A stretch of 64,000 nucleotides of DNA from Planctomycetota bacterium (GTDB lineage: Bacteria; Planctomycetota; GCA-002687715; DRQF01). Below, in pieces: positions 47,575 through 56,978 of this stretch (its first letter is position 1; each line of letters opens with the position of its first letter). The notes below the pieces were generated by a model. The model made no database searches, was not told where the DNA came from, and worked only from the letters and a program-made list of their open reading frames with translations. The position numbers and the translations under genes were made by a program. Where the stretch lies: the NCBI GenBank assembly GCA_047639315.1, contig JBLINQ010000008.1, forward strand, positions 810 to 64,809. The letters run 5' to 3'.

Positions 47575-48441
47575 ATGCTCGTCTCTCGATTGAAGAACTT
47601 CGCCCTTATCTTGGCTCTGCTTTCGGTCTCGCAGATTGTGATCGCGCAAGACTCGCGGCCGAATAAGGCCAAGAAGACAGCGGCGATGAAGGTGACCAAG
47701 AAAGAGATCAGTTTCAAATCTCTTGATGGCCTCCAACTTACTGCTGATCTTTATGCTGGCAATCTTCTCAATGAGAACTCGCCATTTATCTTGCTTTGCC
47801 ATCAAGCGGGCTGGAGCCGCGGGGAATATGTTGCGATTGCGCCGAAGTTGGTGGCGATGGGCTTCAACTGCTTAGCGCTTGATCAACGTTCAGGTGGGGG
47901 CATCAACGATGTTGCCAACAAGTCAGTTGCTGCAGCCAAGAAGAAGGGGTTGCCGACTCTTTATCTCGATGCCAGACAAGACATCATTGCGGCTCTGCAG
48001 TTCGTCAAGAAGAAGCATGCGAAGGGCAAACTCATCGTATGGGGCTCTTCTTACTCGTCGGCTTTGGTGCTCGAGATTGTTGGCAACAAACCGGACCTTG
48101 CCGATGGAGTCTTATCGTTTGCACCCGGCGAGTATTTTAGCCGTTTCGGCAAGACCGATCATTTTGTCCGTGATGGCGCCAAGAAACTAAAAGTGCCAGT
48201 CTTCTTAACTGGATCAAAAAGCGAGACTGCAGGGAGCGTGAAGATGATTGCCGACTCGATGAAGTTGGGGAAGAAACTGCACTTCTTCAAGCCCAAGTCA
48301 CGTGGCAATCATGGTTCAAGAGCACTGTGGAAGAAATTCGGTGACAGCCAGGACTACTGGAATGCCGTAACCAAGTTTTTGGACACGCATTTCCCGCGGC
48401 AGTCTGCCACCAGTAAACCATCCAAGAAAATGAAGAAATAG
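47575..48441 (+). CDS. Secreted alpha/beta hydrolase (dienelactone-hydrolase-like)
   Basis: Signal peptide, LLCHQAG.SRGEY, DQRSGG, WGSSYSS nucleophile elbow, HGSRAL. Confidence 0.8.
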   Translation: MLVSRLKNFALILALLSVSQIVIAQDSRPNKAKKTAAMKVTKKEISFKSLDGLQLTADLYAGNLLNENSPFILLCHQAGWSRGEYVAIAPKLVAMGFNCLALDQRSGGGINDVANKSVAAAKKKGLPTLYLDARQDIIAALQFVKKKHAKGKLIVWGSSYSSALVLEIVGNKPDLADGVLSFAPGEYFSRFGKTDHFVRDGAKKLKVPVFLTGSKSETAGSVKMIADSMKLGKKLHFFKPKSRGNHGSRALWKKFGDSQDYWNAVTKFLDTHFPRQSATSKPSKKMKK

Positions 48442-48453
48442 GAAAAAGACAGC

Positions 48454-50511
48454 ATGATCAAGATTCTGAAAACAGCGCTGGTATTGTGCCTCTTGGCAAC
48501 CTTGGGCATGGCCCAAGAGCGTATGTCGCCTGAACTTCTCTGGAAGCTCAAGCGTGTCAGCGGCGGCATCTACTCACCCGACGGCAAGTGGGTTGTTCAC
48601 GGTGTTCGTGGTTACGATATCAAAGAGAACAAGGGTGATACGGATCTCTTCTTGACCGAAGTGGCGACTGGAAAGTCTCGCCAAGTCACCGAAGGCCCTG
48701 GCAGCGAAGGCGCTGTCCAGTGGGCTCAAACGGTTGATGGCGCCCGCCTGTTCTTCTTAGCGCGCCGAGGTGATGGAGCTACGACGCAGGCTTGGCACAT
48801 GGACCCAGTGAGTGGTGCGACAGCGGCGGTGACCAATGAAAAGACTGGCATCGCTAATCTCAAAGTTTCGCCAACAGCCAAACATATAGCTTTTACCATG
48901 GACGTCAAACTCGACAACAAAGTCGTGGACATCTATCCGGACCTGCCCAAAGCCGATGCGCGCATCATCGATGGTCTGATGTATCGTCATTGGGACGCGT
49001 GGCATGACTATAAGTACAGTCATCTGCATGTGGCGGAGATCGGAGTTGATCTCAAGGCGAAGAACACCGTCGACTTAATGGAAAATATGAAGGTCGATTG
49101 CCCAGTGCCGCCCTTTGCCGGCAGTGAGCAACTCAACTGGTCACCGGATGGCACCGAGATCGCCTTCACTATGAAGGTCAGCAATGACTGGGCTCAGTCA
49201 ACTGATAGCGACATCTACCTGATCAAGGTGGGCGATGCTGACCAGCGCAAGCGCTGCATTACCGCCGGGATGGACGGCTACGACAATGACCCCATCTATT
49301 CTCCAGATGGCAAGTACTTGGCGTTTCATTCCATGAAACGTCCCGGTTTCGAGTCGGATCGCAATCGCCTGATGATTTATGATCGCAAGTCTGGCGTCAT
49401 TTCAGACTTGTCTGCTGGTTTGGACCAGATGGTTCATGGTTCGGTTTGGGCTCCAGATTCCAGTCGTCTCTACTTCATGTCAGAGATGCGCGGAACAAAT
49501 CAGCTCTACACCTTAGACCTCGCTTCGAAATCATTGAAGCGCATCACGCTGACGAGTCAGAAGAACTGGGGCATTCGTGATATCGCGCCGGATGGCAAGA
49601 CGCTGCTGGTTGGCGTCCAAAGCATGGTGCGTTCGACAGAGCTCGGCTATCTCACAATTGCCGACGGCAGCTACCAGCCACTCACGGATGTGAATGGCGA
49701 GATTTTCTCCAAACTCGAAAAACCTAAGATTGAAGAGCGTTGGGTCAAGGCCACTGACGGCAAGATGATCCACAGTTGGGTGATCTATCCGCCTAACTTT
49801 GACCCCAAGAAAAAATGGCCAACACTGATCTACTTCCAAGGCGGTCCCCAAGGCCAAATTGGGCAGTGGTTCAGCTTCAGGTGGAACTTCCATTTGATGG
49901 CTGCTCAAGGTTACGTTGTCGTTGCCCCAAACCGCCGGGGATTGCCAGGTTTTGGCCGTGCATGGAACGACGAGATTTCCAAGGACTGGGGTGGGCAAGC
50001 GATGCAAGACATCCTCGCTGTGACCGATGATGTGGCAACTGAGCCTTTTGTTGACAGCAAGAAAATGGCCGGTATTGGTGCGAGCTTCGGTGGCTACACC
50101 GCTTATTGGATGATGGGCAACGGGGCAGATCGTTTCGCCGCCATGATCTCTCATGCGGGTCTATTCAACTTGGAATCGATGTATGGCGTGACCGAAGAGT
50201 TGTTCTTTGTGAACTGGGATGTTGGTGGTCCTTACTGGCGCAGTAAGAAGTTGCAAGACTCTTACAACCGTTTCTCGCCTCATCGCTTTGTCGGCAACTG
50301 GAAGACTCCCTTACTCGTGATTCATGGCGAGAAAGACTTCCGCGTACCGATCGGTGAAGGCATGCAAGCATTCACTGCGGCCCAATTGCAAGGTGTGCCG
50401 AGCCGCTTCCTTTACTTCCCTGAAGAAGGGCATTGGGTGCAGAATCCACAGAACGGGGTTCTCTGGCATCGTGTCTTCTTCGACTGGCTTGCTCGTTACT
50501 GCAAGAACTAA
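48454..50511 (+). CDS. S9-family peptidase (dipeptidyl-peptidase 5 / acylaminoacyl peptidase-like), secreted
   Basis: Signal peptide, TolB-like propeller, FQGGPQ, GASFGG, DFRV, EGHWV. Confidence 0.92.
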   Translation: MIKILKTALVLCLLATLGMAQERMSPELLWKLKRVSGGIYSPDGKWVVHGVRGYDIKENKGDTDLFLTEVATGKSRQVTEGPGSEGAVQWAQTVDGARLFFLARRGDGATTQAWHMDPVSGATAAVTNEKTGIANLKVSPTAKHIAFTMDVKLDNKVVDIYPDLPKADARIIDGLMYRHWDAWHDYKYSHLHVAEIGVDLKAKNTVDLMENMKVDCPVPPFAGSEQLNWSPDGTEIAFTMKVSNDWAQSTDSDIYLIKVGDADQRKRCITAGMDGYDNDPIYSPDGKYLAFHSMKRPGFESDRNRLMIYDRKSGVISDLSAGLDQMVHGSVWAPDSSRLYFMSEMRGTNQLYTLDLASKSLKRITLTSQKNWGIRDIAPDGKTLLVGVQSMVRSTELGYLTIADGSYQPLTDVNGEIFSKLEKPKIEERWVKATDGKMIHSWVIYPPNFDPKKKWPTLIYFQGGPQGQIGQWFSFRWNFHLMAAQGYVVVAPNRRGLPGFGRAWNDEISKDWGGQAMQDILAVTDDVATEPFVDSKKMAGIGASFGGYTAYWMMGNGADRFAAMISHAGLFNLESMYGVTEELFFVNWDVGGPYWRSKKLQDSYNRFSPHRFVGNWKTPLLVIHGEKDFRVPIGEGMQAFTAAQLQGVPSRFLYFPEEGHWVQNPQNGVLWHRVFFDWLARYCKN

Positions 50512-50536
50512 GAACGGACGGTTCTCGTAGACAAAA

Positions 50537-50572
50537 AAACTGCCTGGACAACGATGGTTGTCCAGGCAGTTT
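50537..50572. terminator. Bidirectional intrinsic terminator
   Basis: AAACTGCCTGGACAAC-GATG-GTTGTCCAGGCAGTTT perfect 16-bp stem between convergent genes. Confidence 0.88.
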
Positions 50573-50597
50573 CTATAAACTCGACGAAATCTGAAGC

Positions 50598-51500
50598 TTA
50601 AGCGTCTTTCAAACCGATGAGGGTTTCGCGTGCTTCTTCAACAAGGCCAGTTTTCTTGGCTTTGCCCATGAAACGTCCAAGAGCCTTCTTGGCGTCCTTT
50701 GGTTCCATGTTCTTAATTTCATCCAACCGTGTGCGAGCCGAAGCCGTGATGGCGTCTTTCGCTGCGGTGATCTTTGCCTGAAGTGCTTCAGGCAAGTTCT
50801 GGGGCTTAGCAGCAACCTTGTCGATTAACTTGTAGCCTGAGTCCCAATCACCTTTGCTGGCAGAAGCGACGCTGGCGTCGATCGCGCTATTGATCTTGTT
50901 GATCGTCTTGCGCTTGATGCCCTTGCCATGCTCGTCTTTGAGGAGCTTGGTTGCATTCTTGACTTCTTCCATGATGCCCTTGGCATTCACACCTTTGAAG
51001 ATGTGCATACGTTCGAGGTTGTGTGGATTGACCAAGCAAGTGTAAGGGATCTTGCCGGTGTCGTTGTATGTCCCAGCCTTGCTTGAACGCAATTTAGAGA
51101 TCATGTCAAAAGTGAGGTTTGGCCACTTAGCCATGAACTTGACTTTTTCACCGTTAGCATTCTTCTTGGTGTACATGGCTGCTTTAGGATCTTCTTTCTT
51201 GATCCCTTCATCCAGACGACCCAAGGACAGAACCTCAACGGTATTGTCGTTCGCAAACTTGATATATTTCTTATTCTGCAACACGGCAGAATGTGCACCC
51301 CAGCACGGGCCTCAGTAGAAGCCATGGCTGTGCAAAACCATAGGGACGTTCAGTAGCTTGGCTTCTTCGACTGCCGCATCCCAAGTCTGAGCGAACGTCA
51401 CTGTTTCCTTCAACTTTGGCTTTTTCTGAGCCCAAGCATCATCGGAAATGGCAACGAATGTCAGGCTGAGAAGGAGTGCAATTAAGAGACTCCGTTTCAT
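50598..51500 (-). CDS. Exported thioredoxin-fold protein with U-x-x-C motif (predicted selenoprotein, UGA read-through at 51314-51312)
   Basis: Track ORFs 51312..51590 and 50598..51284 are in frame. From ATG 51500: signal peptide...TWDAAVEEAKLLNVPMVLHSHGFY-U-GPCWGAHSAVLQNKKYIKFA (thioredoxin-like 'A..EAK...P......W-CxxC' pattern). A SECIS-like hairpin follows. Confidence 0.85.
51273..51292 (-). promoter_or_regulatory. Candidate bacterial SECIS element
   Basis: Minus strand ATTCTGC-CGTGTT-GCAGAAT: perfect 7-bp stem, GU at loop positions 2-3, loop 26 nt after the UGA. Confidence 0.7.
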
Positions 51501-51788
51501 GCTTCTATTCTCCGTATTCGCGATAATCGCGATCCTAAAACATAGCGCCCTGGGAAACGGTAATTCACGTCTCTGCTCAGGCACCGTCATGGTGTTTTGG
51601 GTGATCTAAATCGATTTCAGAGAAATCCGCAAGATACAGCCCGCTCCCGCCTTACAAACAAATAGGATCAGGCGAACGATTCGATGAATCTGAGAAAACC
51701 TCAGATTTGTTTCGGCTGCGGTGCAAGATGGGGCGGACAAGAGGTTACCATCTGGCCACATCAATTCGGTTTTGGGAGTGTCTTCCGG

Positions 51789-52511
51789 ATGATTCGAGTC
51801 CATCAAAGACCGGCATTAATGGTCTTAACTCTATTGCTATTAATGTGTTGCGCCTCATGTCGTGACTCATTGGATTTGCATTCGGATCAGGCTGTTCTCA
51901 TTGTCGAACGAGCCCGGGAGCACCCTGTTCTCTTTAAGACCGAGCGAGATTTGGAGCGGGCACCGGATGTCTTTCAGGTAAAATTCCGTATCGAGACCGG
52001 CGGAAACTTCATAATTGAGGCCCATCGGGAGTGGGCTCCGAACTCCGTTGATCGATTCTATAACCTCTCAAAAGCCGATTTTTGGAAACGGGCCCCGATC
52101 ATTCGTGTCGTCCCAGGGCATGTGATCCAGTGGGGCATTCATCCGAGCCCCGGCGTGACGAAGTCATGGCGTGAACATTCGTTTGACCCAGATCGAATCC
52201 TGAAGAGTAACCGACGTGGATACGTGGTTTTCGCTCCAGATCTGGATTCTCGTCGGCCAAGCACGCAGATCATGGTCAACCTCTCGGATCACCTGACGTA
52301 CGACAAGTTCTACGCTCCGTTCGGACGAGTCATCAAAGGCCTCGATGCTCTCGAGCGCGTCTATGGCGACTACGGTGATCTTGTTGAATATGGCAACAAG
52401 ATAGGGCCGGATGCCAAGCTCGCCGTGAAACGCGGCCAAGCCTATATTGAACACAGGTTTCCGCTGATGAATGTGTTCCGCTCAACAACTCTCAGCGAAA
52501 AGACGCCTTAG
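51789..52511 (+). CDS. Cyclophilin-type peptidyl-prolyl isomerase (probable lipoprotein)
   Basis: IEAHREWAP..VDRFYNL, IIRVVPG.VIQWG, STQIMVNL, PFGRVIKG; hydrophobic leader with Cys. Confidence 0.8.
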   Translation: MIRVHQRPALMVLTLLLLMCCASCRDSLDLHSDQAVLIVERAREHPVLFKTERDLERAPDVFQVKFRIETGGNFIIEAHREWAPNSVDRFYNLSKADFWKRAPIIRVVPGHVIQWGIHPSPGVTKSWREHSFDPDRILKSNRRGYVVFAPDLDSRRPSTQIMVNLSDHLTYDKFYAPFGRVIKGLDALERVYGDYGDLVEYGNKIGPDAKLAVKRGQAYIEHRFPLMNVFRSTTLSEKTP

Positions 52512-52531
52512 GGCTTCTTGCTGAGGCTCGC

Positions 52532-53563
52532 TTACCACCACCGATGTTTCGCTGCCTTTGGAAACAGGTCACACAGGTAGTCGGCAAAATCATCTTGTTC
52601 TGGGAACATGAAGTTCTTCAGCATGAAGGTCTCTAAGGCCAACCTCATGGCTTTGGCAGACTTGTAGCGGTTGTTCTTATCGGTCGACACAGCTTTCATG
52701 ATGATCTTGGAAAGATCGGCGGGAATGTCGGCATTCAAATCAATCGGCGGGATGACCTTCTTGGTCTCCAAGTCAGCCAAGAGCATCTCGGTGTTGCCGA
52801 CTTCGTGAGCCAATTGTTGCGTGAAGAGCTCATACATCACCAGCCCGAGCGAGTAGATGTCCGAGCGAATTTCGGTTCCTTCGCGGCGGACTTGCTCCGG
52901 TGCCATGTAGGGATATTTACCGAAGACGATTTTCTTTTCGTCATCGAATTCGTTGAGCTTCGACTTGGCTACACCAAAGTCACTAAGCTTCGGAATTCCT
53001 CGGAATGAGATGAGAATGTTGCTCGGGCAGATGTCGCGATGAATGATGCCCATGTGTTGGCCATCACGATTGTGTCGATTGTGGGCGTAGTGAAGTCCGG
53101 ACAAAATCCGCGTCATGATGTAAACGCCGTACTTCATGGCAACATTGATCTTGAGTTCTTGCAACCGTTCAATCAGATCAAGGACGGTAACGCCAAAGAC
53201 GTGCTCCATGATAATGAAGAACTCGTGGCGCGTTTCGCCCAACTGATAGACCTGAACGATGTTGGGGTGGTTTAGACCGCCGCATAAGCGAGCCTCGTCT
53301 AAGAACATGGCGCGATCACTTTTGTATCGGACTCGATTCTTCGGCAAGACCTTGATCGCCATCAGCTTGCTGAAACCAAAAGCTCCAGCTTTCTCTGCTA
53401 GATAGACACGCCCCATACCGCCTTCGCCGAGGAGTCTGAGAATCTCATAACGACCAATGCCCCGAATTACCCGGCCTGGGCCAATCGTCGATCTGAAGCG
53501 GTCCAGGAACCCTGGGCGTACTTCTGGCAGGAGAGGATCAGTTGTTCTTTTGTCGTCACGCAT
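52532..53563 (-). CDS. Hanks-type Ser/Thr protein kinase, soluble
   Basis: LGEGGMGRVY, AIK, HRDICPSNIL, SDFG, YMAPE, SDIYSLG; no TM or sensor extension. Confidence 0.93.
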   Translation of the reverse strand: MRDDKRTTDPLLPEVRPGFLDRFRSTIGPGRVIRGIGRYEILRLLGEGGMGRVYLAEKAGAFGFSKLMAIKVLPKNRVRYKSDRAMFLDEARLCGGLNHPNIVQVYQLGETRHEFFIIMEHVFGVTVLDLIERLQELKINVAMKYGVYIMTRILSGLHYAHNRHNRDGQHMGIIHRDICPSNILISFRGIPKLSDFGVAKSKLNEFDDEKKIVFGKYPYMAPEQVRREGTEIRSDIYSLGLVMYELFTQQLAHEVGNTEMLLADLETKKVIPPIDLNADIPADLSKIIMKAVSTDKNNRYKSAKAMRLALETFMLKNFMFPEQDDFADYLCDLFPKAAKHRWW

Positions 53564-53614
53564 GGGATGTCATGTTACCAATCTGAGAAATGACCGCGCA
53601 AACAACCGCTGCAA

Positions 53615-55099
53615 TTACTTCGCATTAAACCACTTCCGAATCACATCTTCGGCTGGCTTACCGTAAACCGTGTATTGGCGTTTATCGTCCGAATCTTTGT
53701 TGCGCCACCAAGTATAGAAGAAGGCACCCAGGAATCGAGTCGACGCCTCTTCCCACACCTGGAGGTAGGCCTCGTAACAGTCGGCTTGCTCTTGCCAGTC
53801 AATCACTTTGGGGCTGACATAGTCCCAAGGGTTCTTGTTAATGCCGTCCAAGCTCGCGTAGCCCATTTCACTAAAGAAATATGGCTTCTTGGTGTATTTC
53901 AGTTCCTTTTCGAGGGTCGTCCGCACTTTGCGCCAGGCCAGGACGAGCTCAGGAATCGAAGGATCATTCTTTTTGGTCAGGCTGTGGTAGCCAGTCATGC
54001 CAATGGCATCGAGGGCATCCCAAAACTGAATCACCGTCAGGTGATCCCAATTGGCTGAATAACTGAGAGTGCCATGAAAACGCCCCCGCACTCCGCGGAT
54101 CACTTCGCGCCAATGTTCTTCGTCGCGTTCCAAGGACGAAAACTCTGAACCGACCACTAATTCCGCGGCCCCGGCTTGCTCGGCCAGGCTGGCAAAAGCG
54201 CCTATGAATTCTTGATAATTCAAAAACCAATCATCGGCGTCCCGAGGCTCAATGTTGCCGCGCCAATGATCGTCCTCTGGTTTCCACAAAAGAACGATAG
54301 GCATGATCGCCACCCGCAAGCCCAATTCGCGCGCTTGGCGTGCGGCTCGAGCAACCATCGGCAACGGCGTCGATCGGTGTTTCTTGGGTACGATCTCGCA
54401 ACTCTTGTGGTGCTCAAGGAACCAAGGTGTCACCAAGAGAACATCGGTTGCGCCGATGGCCACCTGCTCTTTGAGCAAAGGGGTGTAGTCATAGGCGGCG
54501 TCTCGAGAATAGAGCCCAAGAGAGAATCCCTTCATTCTCTTGCGGGATAGTTCGGGGCTCGCCTTGGCGTTTTGCCACATGCCCTTCTTGGCTCGTCTTG
54601 CTTTTTGTCCCGCCTGTTCGAAATCTTTGGCAAAACGCGCGTTTTGATCCGTAGCCAAGGGCGCCGCTAGCCCGGCGGCAATCATGGATGTGTTGAGAAA
54701 GGTCCCGTCGTTGCTCCAGACGTAACCCAAAGTCTCAAATTTGGCGTTTTTGAAGTTGCGATCGAACTTAATCTCGACTTCCTTGCCTTTGGCGAGCGTT
54801 TCGAGATGATGCTTGGCTAACCGGGCTATTGTCCCGTCCCAGGAAAGTGGCCCATCGGGCGCATCGACGCCAATCAATTGAATCCGGTGTCCACCTTCGA
54901 CAATGACCTGTTGGCCAGTCGGTACGTCTAAGATCTTCGTGGTGCAGCGAAGTGAGGGGAGGGCGTACTGCGGGATCTCGGCGAAAACGGTGGTTTGGTG
55001 GCTTTTATTCTTCTGATCGAGCCAATGGAAAACCTGGCCCCGGGCAGGTGCTTCTACGAGCAAGACGAAGATCAAAGATAGAAGGCCGGTGATCGCCAT
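53615..55099 (-). CDS. Secreted fusion: thermonuclease (SNase)-like domain + GH113-like TIM barrel
   Basis: Signal peptide from ATG 55099; IQLIGVDAPD...LGYVWS.DGTFLNTSMIAAGLA...EQAGQKARRAKKGMW (SNase); VGSEF, YSANWD, FSEMGY (GH113-like). Confidence 0.8.
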   Translation of the reverse strand: MAITGLLSLIFVLLVEAPARGQVFHWLDQKNKSHQTTVFAEIPQYALPSLRCTTKILDVPTGQQVIVEGGHRIQLIGVDAPDGPLSWDGTIARLAKHHLETLAKGKEVEIKFDRNFKNAKFETLGYVWSNDGTFLNTSMIAAGLAAPLATDQNARFAKDFEQAGQKARRAKKGMWQNAKASPELSRKRMKGFSLGLYSRDAAYDYTPLLKEQVAIGATDVLLVTPWFLEHHKSCEIVPKKHRSTPLPMVARAARQARELGLRVAIMPIVLLWKPEDDHWRGNIEPRDADDWFLNYQEFIGAFASLAEQAGAAELVVGSEFSSLERDEEHWREVIRGVRGRFHGTLSYSANWDHLTVIQFWDALDAIGMTGYHSLTKKNDPSIPELVLAWRKVRTTLEKELKYTKKPYFFSEMGYASLDGINKNPWDYVSPKVIDWQEQADCYEAYLQVWEEASTRFLGAFFYTWWRNKDSDDKRQYTVYGKPAEDVIRKWFNAK

Positions 55100-55196
55100 T
55101 CGCCTTGACAAGAATCGCGTCCCTTTCCTATCATCCCCATGGTAAGTGACTCTGCTCTTCAATTGCTGCAAGTGTATCTTCTTTCTGGAGTTAGAA

Positions 55197-56978
55197 ATGT
55201 CGAGGTTGCTGGACATCACTCGACGCGACTTGTCAGGCTGGGTCTTACTCGCCTTGGCTCTCGCTCTTGTGGCCATGATAACGCCAGGACTTGGAGCTCC
55301 ACCGGAATCTGCCGAACCCGCAGCTGGCGCCAGCCCGCTCCTACCTCTCGTTGTCTACTTGGCTGATTCTCTGCCATCTGTACGTACATGGAGCGGTTCG
55401 GTCCCACTTTTTTCTCTGGGCCTCATTTGGCTCAGCGCCCTGGGGATCTTCTACTGTACATGGAGGTTGACTCGTAATCGAGTTGTCTCTCTTGGGGCAG
55501 GCCTGTTGATTAGCATTCATCCTTTGGCGATGCGTGCGGCGTTCCAGCCTGCCGGCTTACGAGATATTGTTGGCCTGGCGATCTTGTCGTGGCTGCTGGT
55601 CTTGAATGCCAAGCCTCGGGCCCGCTCGACTCGCTTTCCAAACTTGCCACCTTCGGCCAGCAGCAAGCCCCTCATCGCCCTGATGTTCTTGGGGATACTG
55701 ACGGCCCCTGGATTCTGGATTGTGCCACTCATCCTCTTCGCCATGGACATTCCATTTCATCGGGAAGCTGGACGGGGCGCATTCGAGCGTAATTGGCGCT
55801 CCTACGCTCCCCATCACTTCTGCCTGTTCCTCGGTTTCGTCCTTGAGTTCACCTTCGGCAGCACTGAGGGAACTGTTGGTGTGATCCAGGGTGTGGGTGG
55901 CTTTGCCGACACCTGCGCCTCCGTGTTCTTCCCCGGGACTGAGCACGGTGTTTTCTCCGCTTCCGTGGTCGTCCTTGTCGTGATTGCAGCGGCAGTCGTT
56001 GGCATTTTCGAGGCCCTTTTTGACTTAGGCCGACGCCGTCTGACTTTGCCTTATGTGGCATTTGCAGGCTTCGCCAGTGCCGTGAGCCTGATCGGAGCCA
56101 TCATCACAGCAGACGCTCGTGTCACGGGTGCCTCATGGGTCGCTTTCATTGGGTTCGCGATACTCATTCCGGTTGTCGCCTGGCGTATGATGATGTCATT
56201 TCTGCCAGAGCAAGATACTCACATCAATTTGCACAGCCTGCCTCATCGACCATCATGGGACGAGATTCTGCATAACGCTCATCTTGCGCCCGTGCCGGAG
56301 TTGGCCAACGTGCCAGCTGGCCCCCGACTGGAAGACTGGAGTCAGAACATCCTGACGATCGCCCCACTTGATGAACCCGAGACTGTTGCCGAACCCGTAA
56401 CGACTCGAAATGATCTCCAGGGCGCTTTGGATCGTTTGGGGCTGTCATTGCCGGTAGCAGGAGATCATTCGGCTAAGTGGGACGCCGACTTCTACCGCCA
56501 AGAACTCGAGCCATTCCTGAATCCGTCGGCGTCAGTTTTGGCGTTCTTGCCATCACGTTCGCCCTATGCCGCCATGTCAGCAGCGCTTTGCAGGCGTATG
56601 ACCATCTTAGAACAAGGGACGCGAGGTTTCCCCGGGATCACCGGATTCGACAATGTCAGCCTGTTTGAATATGACGGCAGGCGACCTTGGCCCGCTGGTG
56701 GTGAGAGTTCTGACGTCATTTTTTCAATGGGCGTTCTCTCACGCATTCGCACACCTGAACTGCAGGGGGCTTTGTCCGAATTCGCTCGCATCCTGAAGCC
56801 AAACGGTGTTGCCATCCTGGTGTTTCAGCACATGGGCACCCTTGATGATGCAGAGAGCAATCCGTTGCCGGAGGAAGTCGCCGCTGACTTTTGCCGTGAG
56901 GCCGGCTTCACTGTGGAATCGATAGCTGAGGCAGTTGAAGGAAGTTATCGGATCCTTGCTCGAAGGGGCGTAGTATGA
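55197..56978 (+). CDS. Polytopic membrane protein with C-terminal class I SAM-methyltransferase-like domain
   Basis: About 9-10 hydrophobic segments (GLLISIHP resembles TMTC/GT-C 'ALLFAVHP'); C-terminal SDVIFSMGVL.RI...ALSEFARILKPNG. Confidence 0.65.
   Translation: MSRLLDITRRDLSGWVLLALALALVAMITPGLGAPPESAEPAAGASPLLPLVVYLADSLPSVRTWSGSVPLFSLGLIWLSALGIFYCTWRLTRNRVVSLGAGLLISIHPLAMRAAFQPAGLRDIVGLAILSWLLVLNAKPRARSTRFPNLPPSASSKPLIALMFLGILTAPGFWIVPLILFAMDIPFHREAGRGAFERNWRSYAPHHFCLFLGFVLEFTFGSTEGTVGVIQGVGGFADTCASVFFPGTEHGVFSASVVVLVVIAAAVVGIFEALFDLGRRRLTLPYVAFAGFASAVSLIGAIITADARVTGASWVAFIGFAILIPVVAWRMMMSFLPEQDTHINLHSLPHRPSWDEILHNAHLAPVPELANVPAGPRLEDWSQNILTIAPLDEPETVAEPVTTRNDLQGALDRLGLSLPVAGDHSAKWDADFYRQELEPFLNPSASVLAFLPSRSPYAAMSAALCRRMTILEQGTRGFPGITGFDNVSLFEYDGRRPWPAGGESSDVIFSMGVLSRIRTPELQGALSEFARILKPNGVAILVFQHMGTLDDAESNPLPEEVAADFCREAGFTVESIAEAVEGSYRILARRGVV

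Noticed and set aside
1848-51500. Genome-wide UGA reassignment (code 4 Trp or code 25 Gly) as the explanation for the in-frame TGAs
   Set aside because: TGA ends many genes here, including ATGA couplings at 9282-9285 and 35943-35946. Trp is encoded by TGG throughout, and the read-through sites fall only at Cys-equivalent positions.
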